A DNA stretch of 64,000 nucleotides from Eledone cirrhosa (Eukaryota): assembly GCA_964016885.1 (NCBI GenBank), contig OZ024744.1, positions 59,644,001 to 59,708,000 on the forward strand, read 5' to 3'. The notes under the pieces were generated by a model. It was not told the DNA's origin and ran no database searches. It saw only the letters and a list, made by a program, of their open reading frames with translations. Shown here piece after piece: positions 53,073 to 64,000 of the stretch. Position 1 is the first letter of the stretch. Every line of letters starts with the position of its first letter. A program made the translations under genes and the position numbers.

Positions 53073-56000
53073 ATGGCGACCGTTGTGGTCAGTGTCCGAT
53101 AATCGGACGTGTGTAATTACGGCTTACATGAAGGCAACATACCGTATATTGGAAAAAGTTGAGTTACATTACGCGGTAAGATTACATACAATAATTCTAC
53201 ATAAGTGTTTGAACTGTAAGTGTGTTGTAAAACACCTATTTATATGAACGATACATACACTTATGATATATGAACGATACATACACTTTAACATATAAAT
53301 GCAACGTTGTTCTATTACATTTATAAAGAAATATACAAGTAACGTTTTCGATTCAGAAACAAAAACATAAGTGTTTGAACTGTGAATATGTTGTGAATAA
53401 GTTGTAGAACACCTATTTATATGAATGATACATAAACTTTAACATATAAATACAGCGTTGTTATATTATATTACATTATATTACATTCATAAAGAAATAT
53501 ACTAAGTAACGGTTCTTTTTGTTCTCGATTCAAACGATTCAAGAACAACGTTTAAAACACAGTTGTAGAATTAAAAACTAACTGAAAAGAAATATTACCC
53601 AAGCTGTGAATAACTTTAAATTTGATTCTGACAGAACTTTGTCGAAACTTTTAAAGAAGATCATCGACTATTTTGAAAAATAAATACGAAATATTAGTGA
53701 ATAGACGAACTCATCATGGCAAAACGTACAAGTCTCCTTCGACCAAATCGCAACTACAACCGTTGTATACAGTGGAGCTACGAGCTTAACAAAGTATTAT
53801 ATGAAGCATACAAACAATCTGAACCCCAAAAGTTCGGTTTTATGCAAAGGCTAAACACTTTATGGAACTCCAAACACCCAGAATTAGACTTTTCTCCAAA
53901 GCATTTAAATGAACAGGCAAAACGTATCATTAGATGTAAATTGATACATCTAACGGAATTGAGTGATACTACAAATACAGCCCTTGTAGACAACCACCCC
54001 ACCTCTACTGACAGAAAAAGAGAATGGCCAGCTAATTCTAACAGTGAACAGCTCACCAACAATTTTGCTGAAATCCATCCCACTTCCACTGAAGAACAGC
54101 GAGAAAGGTCAGCTAACTCTAGTAGTAATTGTCACCACATCAACAACGAGGCTGAAATTCATGACTCTACTGAACAAACAGAGCACCAAAAACTTGTGGA
54201 CACCCTACAAGTGATATGGAACGATATGTTTCAAGAGATACACAGCCTTAATGTGAGTGACAGGCCATACAACACTAGAGTCAGTAAAGAACCCACTAAA
54301 TTGGAATTGGAAGCGGTGAACGAAATAGCTGGCAATTATCTGAAGGCTATACGATCTTAAGGTGTAGAAACGACATTTGAAACGCTTAATGTTTTGTTAT
54401 ATGTTTCAGCTGTCACATTGCTATCATATAACACACATCTAAAACCACGCAATCAAGATACAAACAGAAAGCCTGAACCAGCGTGGATGCGAAATTTAAA
54501 AAGCAAGATTTTGTCCCTGAGACGAAGTATCTCACACATCGCAGTCGTTATGAAACGCAACATAGAGAGCAACTTCACACGACACCAGGAAGACCTAAAA
54601 AAAAAAAGTTAGAGAGACGATTTGGAGATACAAAATTTAAAACTTTGAACTCCAAATTACACCAGTTGAAACAACAACTCACAGCTACAACAGAAAGACT
54701 AAAATATAAGTCAACAGCACATAAACGACAAGTGCTAAATAGATTGTTTGCCAGAGATCCTAAATCAGTTTATCGCAGCTTCGGTGGCAAAAGCTCAATC
54801 CCTGTAAACGACACCCCTTCAAAAGAACAGGTTGAGAGCTACTGGAGATATGTATGGGAAACGGATGACGGATTCAACAGACAAACTAATTGGCTAAAAG
54901 AACTGGAACAGGACTACTGCCAACATGTCCAGAAAAAACAATATGACATAGATGGGTCAATACTGGAAACAGCTCTACAGAAAATGTCGAATAGGAAATC
55001 GCCAGGCCCAGACCTCATTACAAGATACTGGTTGAAGAATTTCACTTTCTATCGGCAAGATCTCATACGGCTGTTTACAGAAACCATTAAAGGCACACAA
55101 GAACTGCCCACATGGTTATCAACTGCCACTACTCTCCTCATTCCCCAAAATAGCCAAACAACCCTTGCTAAAAATTACCGCCCAATAGCCTGCCAAAACA
55201 TCATGTATAAATTATATACTGGGTGGCTTAACCTGTTCTTACAGGATCACTGTGCTACCAACAACATCATAACACCTGAGCAAGCTGGTGGAAAGAGGGA
55301 GGTGTGGGGGTGCATAGATCACCTACTAACTAACAAAATGATTCAGGAAAAAACAATAAAGAATCGCAGAAACATGACTGTGGTGTGACTGGACTATCAA
55401 AAAGCATTTGATAGTGTACCTCATGGGTGGATTATTAAGGCTTTACAGTTAGCTAAAGTCCCACAACCATTGGTAGCTGCTGTTGAACGCCTGACCAAGA
55501 ACTGGTACACCAATTTGATCCTTAGAGGTGAGAAGGAGCAAGTTAAGACTGATAAGATACATTACCAGAAGGGCATCTTTCAGGGTGATAGCTTGTCAGT
55601 GCTACTCTTCGTTCTCTCACTGAATCCACTATCTTACCTACTCAGGAAACAAGGTGGACAAAGAAGTGGGCCCAGAAGTATCTCCCATCTTTTCTTTGTT
55701 GATGACCTGAAGTTGTATGGGCCAAATATCAATGACATCAAGAAACAATTGGACCTCATTACACAATTTTCAACCGACATCAAAATGAAATTTGGTGAGT
55801 CCAAGTGTGCATATTTGGCAGTAAAACGTGGAAGAGATGTGCCCTCCTCTAGAAATCTAGAGATGAACGGCCTGACAATACAACCTGTACAGTCAGGTGA
55901 CAACTACAGATATCTTGGACAGGATGAGAATGTCAGACATGATGGACCATAAATAAGGAGAGAACCAGAACTGAATACCTCAGAAGAGTAAAGAAAATAT

Positions 56001-57309
56001 GGTTATCAGAACTGTCAGCGTACAACAAATACATTGCCCAGAATACTTATGCTGTGCCAATTCTAACGCCAACATTTGGCCTGCTGAACTGGTCATTGCA
56101 AGAACTAAGTGAGATGGATGTTAGAACTCGAAAACTTCTCAGTGTTACTGGGAACTTTAACATCAATGGTGATGTGGATAGGCTATACTTCTCACGCAAG
56201 GAAGGTGGCCGGGGTCTAAAATCCATATTAACATCGTATGAGACCCGGATAGTAACACTGAAGCAACATCTTCAACAGAGGAAAAAGGTTGGCAACCATC
56301 TTGCCCAGGTTTATGAGCATGAAAAAAAAATATCATTAGAATAGCGACTGATCTGGAGGAGAGATATGGAATAAAGCCTGATATAAATCTCTCACCCAGA
56401 GAAATCGGAAGATCCTATTCAATGTTCAAACAAGATAAAAAATTGACCAATTTACAGAAAAAGTTGTGCATGGATACTTGAGGCGTAAAACACAGACCAT
56501 AGAGGGGATAAACCACTCAAAAAGCCTGGCATGGAGTTCCGACAAGTTTATGACATCACACATTGAGGGATATCTGTATGCAATACAGGAACAAGAACTC
56601 CCTATCAAATATCTGCTGCACAAAAGAGGAGGGCCAGCAGCTGACAATAAATGTAGGCTATGTAAAACAAAGATCGAGGATGTAAGCCACATTGTTGCCA
56701 GCTGCCAAAGAATGTCATCTCGCTACTACCTCCCCATGAGACACGATGGGATAGCTAGAACCATCTGGAACGCACTTCGGAAAACAAAATTAACAACAAA
56801 CGAGGAAGAATATATTGAGACAGATGGCACTAAGGAATACTGGTGGAACCTGAAAATAAAAACTGCCACCAAATTAAAGCACAACCGGCCTGATATTGTA
56901 GTTTGGGACCTCACATTGAAAACGTGTTCTGTTGTGAACATCAGCTGCCCACTTGATGTAAATGTTGTCAGAAAAATGCAGGAGAAGGAGGACATCTACG
57001 GACCATTGATGAGGAGTTTACAAATCCAGTATCCAAGATACACCTTTAGCTTCATACCCATCATTATTGGAGCTACGGGTTATATACCAACCCGCTTGGA
57101 CCAAAGTATGACTGAACTTGGATTTGTGGACAAAAAGCGCAGCTCCCTAATTCATAGTCTACAAATGGCTGCGATAGCTGGCACCTTCAAAATTTGCAAA
57201 ACATTCTTGCGATTCAAGGGATGACAATTTCTTTTGTTTTACAACCTTGCCACCAGGAAGGTGGCTGGTCAAAAAAATATACTCGAAATTAAGAGAAAGA
57301 GATAACAAC
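53072..57309 (+). mobile_element. Near full-length R4/Dong-like non-LTR retrotransposon; single disrupted ORF 53716-57224 with RT, CCHC and restriction-like endonuclease
   Basis: KSPGPDLI, NYRPIAC, GIFQGDSLS, FFVDDLKLY, RKEGGRGL, CRLC..HIVASC, RHD, NRPDIVVWD. (TACA)n on both flanks. Confidence 0.93.
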
Positions 57310-57334
57310 ATACATACATACATACATACATACA

Positions 57335-57474
<140 letters not shown>

Positions 57475-57929
57475 CATATATATATATATATATATGAAGT
57501 ATTTCCGTCAGAAAGGTACAGGAAAAAAGAGTGCTCTATGTAGGCTACAGAGCTTATTAGTTATGTAATAACTATATATATATATAATAACTATATATAT
57601 ATATATATATATGATAAAGAATAAACGATGAAGTTTCGTTTACATGTATTTAGATTGTTACTGTGTATCGACCTGTTATGCGCACTTCGCAGAGGATTGG
57701 CTCAGGGTCACCCATAGGAGTTACGGACTCGACTCCATTATCGATCTGCTTTTCAGACTGACTGTGCATAGATGGCTTGTTTTGGTACTACCACCAGTAA
57801 TTCGCCGAATCATCTACTATATATATATGTATATATATATATCACGATAAATTAACGGAGGCATAGGCCCTCGCTATTCCCTGTAAATAATGTGCTCAAA
57901 GGAGAAGAGATCCTGAACTCTTTAAAATT

Positions 57930-58092
57930 CAATATGTTGAAAAGGTAACACACCAGAGAGAGATATATAGTGCGTTATCAATAATACAGGGATAATCATA
58001 GGTTATAGATTCCATACACTGGTGGTTTTTTCCCTGTATTATTGATAACGCACTGTATATCTCTCTCTGGTGTGTTACCTTTTCAACATATT
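57930..58092. mobile_element. Small fold-back, MITE-like element
   Basis: Arms of about 60 bp: caatatgttgaaaaggtaacacaccagagagagatat... and its reverse complement. Confidence 0.7.
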
Positions 58093-58214
58093 GTATATAT
58101 ATATACACACACACACAAACACACACACACGCGCGCGTGCACATGCACACACACACGCACACACACACGCACACACACACACACACACGCACACACACAC
58201 ATATATATATACGA

Positions 58215-58348
58215 TGCTATTCCACACAGTCTCCGCCTGCCAAAATCCACTCACAAAGCGTTAATCAACCAAACGTTATAGTAGAAGACACTTGTCCCAA
58301 TGAGACTGAACCCAAAACCACATTGTTGCGAAGTGAATACCTTAGCTG
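58215..58348 (-). mobile_element. Decayed tRNA-derived SINE, third family
   Basis: Minus strand gggttcagtctca..ggacaagtgtcttctactata..ttgtgagtggatttt. Confidence 0.5.
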
Positions 58349-58858
58349 CATACACACACACATACATGCATACACACTTACATACATACAAACATACATA
58401 CATACATACATACATGCATACATACACACACACATACATGCATACACACTTACATACAAACATACACACCCACCCACACACACACATACAAACATACATA
58501 CATACATGCATCATACATACATAGCTATATATGCATTAGCATAGTATCTGTCAAAAGTGACGGGGTTTGTAGTAAACAATATTTATTTAAATAATAACTT
58601 GATTTTCCTTTATCCGTCCCCTCCTGTCACTCCGACCTTCACCGCATTTCCTTTTACATTTATTTCAATCAATTACAATAATTTTCTTCCATATTTTCTT
58701 TAATCATTATCAAACATAGTCACTAAATTACGATGACCCTGTTCTATCGCCTGCCTACCCACTTACCTACCTACCTACAAACCTACTTATCTACCTACCT
58801 ACCTACCTACCTACCTACCTACCTACCTACCTACCTACCTACCTACCTACCTACCTAC

Positions 58859-58914
<56 letters not shown>

Positions 58915-59250
58915 ATTCCATTTGTGATAACATTTTACACGTTTTTATTGTATGTAAACTTCCCCCTTTGTATTTGTCCCCTTCTTTTGTGCCCCTGTGG
59001 CTAATAAAGAAATATATCTATATATATATTTATCTATCTACTGGGGGTTGGTGCTTTGTCGTTATTATAGTTGTTCTTGTCCAAAAATAGACGCATTGGT
59101 AAATACACATAAATAGATAACTATAGATTGACAGTCAAGCAGACAGACGAACTGACAGAAAGTTATAGAAGGCGGTCAGTAGGTAGATAGAGAACGTGAG
59201 AGGGCTGAGAGGGGAGAGGGAGATAGATAGATAGACAGATAGATAGATAA

Positions 59251-59307
<57 letters not shown>

Positions 59308-59309
<2 letters not shown>

Positions 59310-60530
59310 TGTTTCTTTATTAGCCACAGGGGCACAAAAGAAGGGGACAAATACAAAGGGGGAAGTTTACATACAAAAAAAACGTGTAAAATATTATCAC
59401 AAATGCAATTTAAAAATTAGTCGATTTTCTCCAATAGGGGAAGACAGTTCATATGGGTAACACATACCCTCGAAAAAAATGTGCAACCCTCATCTGCAGG
59501 GGTACGAAGAGTTTGTACTCCCTTCCTCTCCTCTTCCTTTTCCTCAACCTACAGGCTGGTATAGAGAGAAGGCCCATTCACTCGGGCCATTCTCGCCACT
59601 TTCACCCACCTTTCATAAAACTTGCTGGGGTACAGCACCTCTCTCTCCATCCTGATTCTTCTTCCAAAGTGGTATTTGAAAAAAAGAATCAGTTGTTGGC
59701 CGGAGAGAAAGGTGTCTGACCTCAGCCCTTTCAACCTTGTCCACCATACAACCTCTTTCGCCATAGCTATCACACAAAGGAAAACAGCTTCTCCTTCGTT
59801 TTTGAAGGAGGGTGGCGGTTTGATCATGACAATGGACTCGGTGGTCAACTGGATTGGTCCCACCCGCGACAATAGTCGTTCTACATAGCCTCACAGGTCG
59901 GTGACGCCCGGGCAGTGTATGAATGCGTGCGCGACGGTTTCTTCGTCTCGCACGCACCTCGGAAAGATCTTTTTTGCAGGGTCCTTGCCCGGGCGCCCAT
60001 GTCTGTAGAGCTTGTCTCGAACTGGTAGAGCTCCTCGATAGCACTGCCAGGCCAGGGACTTTTGGAAGTTGTCCATCGGTCCCGGGCGGAAGGTCCTACG
60101 AACAGACTGGCCAGTTTATCTTCCTCTACGCCTAGAGTTTCACCGAGCGCGTCGTCGCACTTCTTGCGGATCAACCCTCTATAGAAGGACGAACTGGAGT
60201 CTCCACTGATCGCCGGGTCCGCCTGCCAGAGGGCTGTGAGCGCCTGAGCATATTCGATGTGCCAGTCGCCCATTTTCCTCGGTCTTTGCTTGACCCAGGA
60301 CTGCAGCTCGGTCAGCAAGACGAGTCGTGGGAAGGCTCGCCTCACTAACGGGGCCCACACCGGTTGTTCTGTGAGGAATACGTAGAGATTCCGCAGCCTG
60401 AGTGCGTGTTTGCGCATCCCCAGCCCTCCGTTGGAAGGGTGCTGGCAGCAGATGGATCTTCTCACCAAAGGAGCCCGCCTCTTCCAAAGGAATTGGAAGA
60501 GCGCGCGCTCCATTTTGGTGAGCGCTTTGA
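59308..60530 (-). mobile_element. 5'-truncated Tx1-like LINE, with an inverted copy of its 3' UTR at 58918-59020
   Basis: KMERALFQFLWK..CQHPSNGGLG, CPGVTDL. Both ends abut (GATA)n. Confidence 0.9.
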
Positions 60531-60549
60531 GATAGATAGATAGATAGAT

Positions 60550-63500
60550 ATCTTTCTTTATTTGCCACAGGGGCGTACAAAAATAGGACATTACAAGACG
60601 TGACGGCGGGGGTTTTACATAAAAATAACTTTAACATTAATAAATAACAATAAACTATATATAATAAAATAACAATTGACCCCAATAGGGGGGAACGTTA
60701 CTGCGGGGTTGTTTTACACCCTGTGGATAGAACAATCCTCAACACCAGGAACACGTTTTGTAGGTGTTCCTGTCTTCCCTCTGTTTATCTTCCTCAACCT
60801 ACAGGTTTATATACAGAGAAGGCCCATTCACTCGGGCCATTTTCGCCACATTCACCCACCTTTCAGCGAATTTACTGGGGTGTAGCACCTCTCTCTCCTC
60901 TCTCACCTTCCTTTTGAAGTGGTACTTAAAGAAGGGGATAAGTTGTTGTCCGGAGAGAAAGGTGCTTCCCCTCAGTCCTTTTAACCTCGTCCACCATATG
61001 ACCTCTTTCGCCATAGCCACCAGACAGAGGAAAACCGCCTCTCCTTCGTTCTTAAATGAAGGCGGCAGGGTGGTCCTCAGGATGGACTCGGCTGACAACT
61101 GGATGCGCCCCACACGTGACAGCAGCTGGGCACTGAACAATTGCGTGCAGAACGGTTTCGATGTCCTGCTCGCATCTTGGACAGGTCCTTTTGGCAGGAT
61201 CTCTGTCAGGGCGTCCGTGCCTGCAGATTTTGTCTCGAACTGGTAGAGCTCCTCAGTAGCACTGCCAGGCCAGAGACCTCTGGAAGTTATCCATAGGCCC
61301 TGGACGGAAAGTCCTCCCGAACAGACTGGTCAGTTCGTCCTCTTCGATGCCTAGAGTTTCCTTGAGAACGTCGTCACACTTATCCTCCACTAATCCCCTA
61401 TAGAATGTCGAAGTGGAGTCTCCGCTGATTGCCGTTTCCGCTTAGTAGAGGGCTGTGAGCACCTGTAGGCACTCGAGGTGCCAGGCGCCCATTTTCGGTC
61501 TTCACTTGACCCAGGATTGCAGCTCTGTTAGTGAGACGAATTGTGGAAGAGCATGTCTCACAAACGACAGCCACACCGGTTCACCGGTCAGGAATACCTG
61601 GAGATGGCGTAGCCTCAGCGCATGTTTGCGCATTATCAGCCACGGCATGCCCAGCCCTCCGTTAGAAGGGTGTTGACAGCAGATGGATCTCCTCACCAAT
61701 GGAGCCTGTTTCTTCCAGAGAAACTTGAAGAGTAGGCGTTCCATTTTGGTGAGGTGTTTGCGGGGACAAGGCATGGCTGTCAAGCGGTAGTAGATGTAAG
61801 TGTTCGCCACCTCCGCTCGACCTTTCAAGGAGAGTTTGCACTCAGCCCACTTCTGGGTGAGTGCAAACACCTTCGCCGTGACCTCGTTCCAGTTCGTGTC
61901 CACCTGGAGGTCTGGACCAAACCAGACCCCGAGCAATTTCACCGGTCCTTCCATCCAGGGTCCAGTGACACTGTTAGAAGACATGGGTTTGCCTCTCCAT
62001 GTGCCGAGTTGCAAACTGACAGACTTGTGTGGGTTTAGTCTTGCCCTGCAGAAGCTCCAATTTCTGCAGTAATGGCTCGAGAGTCAGTACATACAGAATG
62101 GAGGAGAGAGGGCATCCCTGACGGATGGAACACATGATTTGGAATGGCTTCGGTAGGTAGTCAAGGTGAAGCCATTCACCTTGACTGTCGAGCAGAGGCT
62201 GGTGGGCACCTTGACTGCCGAGCAGAGGCTGGATCGCTGCCATCAGCGATCCAGCCTCTGGAGACGGGACCGAAGCCGGCTGCCTTGAGAACCGCTTTCA
62301 AGTATTGATGGTCGACCCTATAAAATGTCTTAGACTGATTTAAATTGATCAGAGCCCCACCGAAGCCAGGTTTTCACCCTACCCTCTCTATGATGTATCG
62401 CATGAGGTGGGGGTTGTCGTGTATGGACCTGGTCGGGATTGCACACGTTTGGGCTTCTCCTACCAGGTTCTCGACGACAAGCGCCAGCCTTGCTGCTAAC
62501 ACCTTGGCCAAAATCTTTAACTCTGTGTTGAGTTATGGGCCTGAAATTGCTTATCTCATCCCCCTTGTTCTCATCTTTTCTGATCTGCGTTACTACGCCT
62601 CTGCCTACAGAACTGGGAATCCTCCCGTTCTGCTGCCAGTTGCAGTAGACCGCTTCGAGGACACTAGAGAACAAGTCTGGCATGCCTATGTAAAACTCAT
62701 AGGGTAGACTATCTAAACGGCGTGATTTGCGTTTCCCACAGTGGCCTAGGGCATCTTCTATTTCGCCCGCTGTGATCGGCCTTTCGCAGCTCTCCGCATC
62801 CGTGCTCGAGAGTCGCGGTACGCCGTCGAGGTAGGAGCTGAAGTCTATCACCTCGCTCGATGTACCGCTTTGCCCGAACAGTTGTGCAAAGTGTTGCTGG
62901 AAGGCCGCGCACACCTGCCTGGATTCAAGTATAATGCGTCCATCTTTGTCTTGCAAAGACCGATTGTGGATTTGTTGCCACTTCTCGCCTCTGCCACTCG
63001 GGCCCAGCTAACTGCTTTGGCTCCTTCATTTAGAGCACGTGTTCTACTTCTGACAATACAACCTTCGTGTTTCACGTTGAAGAACTGGTCTAGTGCCGTT
63101 CTCGCCGCTAGCACGTCAGCTGTACTGCCATTCCTAAGTGCATCTTCTATTTTAGCTACCAGTTCCTTTTCAATTTTGTTTTTTTCTAAAGCTACTTCCT
63201 TGCTAAATGCTATCGATTCTATTCTAATTGCTCTCTTGAGAGAGCTCTACCACCTGTTGATGACGATCGCCCCCGTCAACTGGCACTTAACTAAGGTGCT
63301 AATCCGTTTACTGTAGGCCTTACACGCCGGGAGAGACATGTTTAGCTTCCAGTATCTGGGTCCCTGTCTATGTGTTCTATCAAGGTTGACTACGCAGGTG
63401 ACAAATTTGTGGTCTGAATAGGCAACCATGTACATTTGTGGACAGCTTAATGTTTCCTTATCATTCTGTCTAATTAAAAATCTATCTAAATACGATCTAG

Positions 63501-63762
63501 AAGACCCAGTGCGGTTGCTCCGCGTCCACGGTGGTGCACTTGGGAAGTCTAGTCGATATCTATCAGCCAGTTGGAATTGGCTGATGAGATTTTTGAGGCT
63601 ATTACACCCCCCCCTCTATTATCACAAGCTCCTATATAGTCCCAACGTGCGTCTAAGATGCCATTCCAGTCCCCCGCTAACACTAATGAGCGAGTCTTTC
63701 CCAGGAATGGCTCCAGACGCTTGAAGAACTCTGGTCGCGATGTCCCAGGGGGCCACCAGTCT
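60550..63762 (-). mobile_element. 5'-truncated, decayed Tx1-like LINE in tandem with 59308-60530
   Basis: SDHK..YWKLN, LPYEFY, SIRQGCPLS, GGLGMP. (GATA)n at 60531-60549 and 63764-63779. Confidence 0.9.
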
Positions 63763-64000
63763 GATAGATAGATAGATAGTGGTGGCTATAGTCAAAGAAG
63801 TTGTGGACACTTCTAAAAGATTTGGGGGACAGGAATCTTCCTCACCAACTTCGTAAAGGACCACTTGAAAAGAGAAGTGAAGATAGAGAAGGAGGTATTG
63901 TTTAATGCCTTATGAAAGATGGCTGAGGCGGAAAGGGTCTGTTCTGATTATGCCTTTTCTAAGTAAGAGAAAAGAAACCAAGAGAGGGCATTTTCAGTGC

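Overview
Eukaryotic, AT-rich, microsatellite-dense and apparently gene-free (intergenic or intronic) DNA. The SINE and MITE families resemble those I recall from octopod cephalopods, which is an inference from repeat content. No host exon could be supported. The window is a mosaic of decayed retroelements (RTE, R4/Dong-like, Tx1/L1-like, Vingi-like, Penelope-like [PLE], a CRE-like scrap, tRNA-derived SINEs), DNA transposon relics (mariner, hAT, Tigger-like, piggyBac-like, Helitron-like) and tandem arrays. The main signal the ORF track misses is about a dozen type I hammerhead ribozyme motifs (CUGANGA...GAAA, usually with a short palindromic stem III). They lie in short non-coding modules between (TA)n tracts and in the inverted repeats of a PLE. 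Many such modules are fold-back palindromes, several turning in the hairpin just 5' of a hammerhead GAAA, and one looks like a ~493-nt retrozyme-like monomer. Retroelement clades also sit in different microsatellites: PLE in (TA)n, R4-like in (TACA)n, Tx1-like in (GATA)n. All coordinates and folds were read by eye and no activity is demonstrated.
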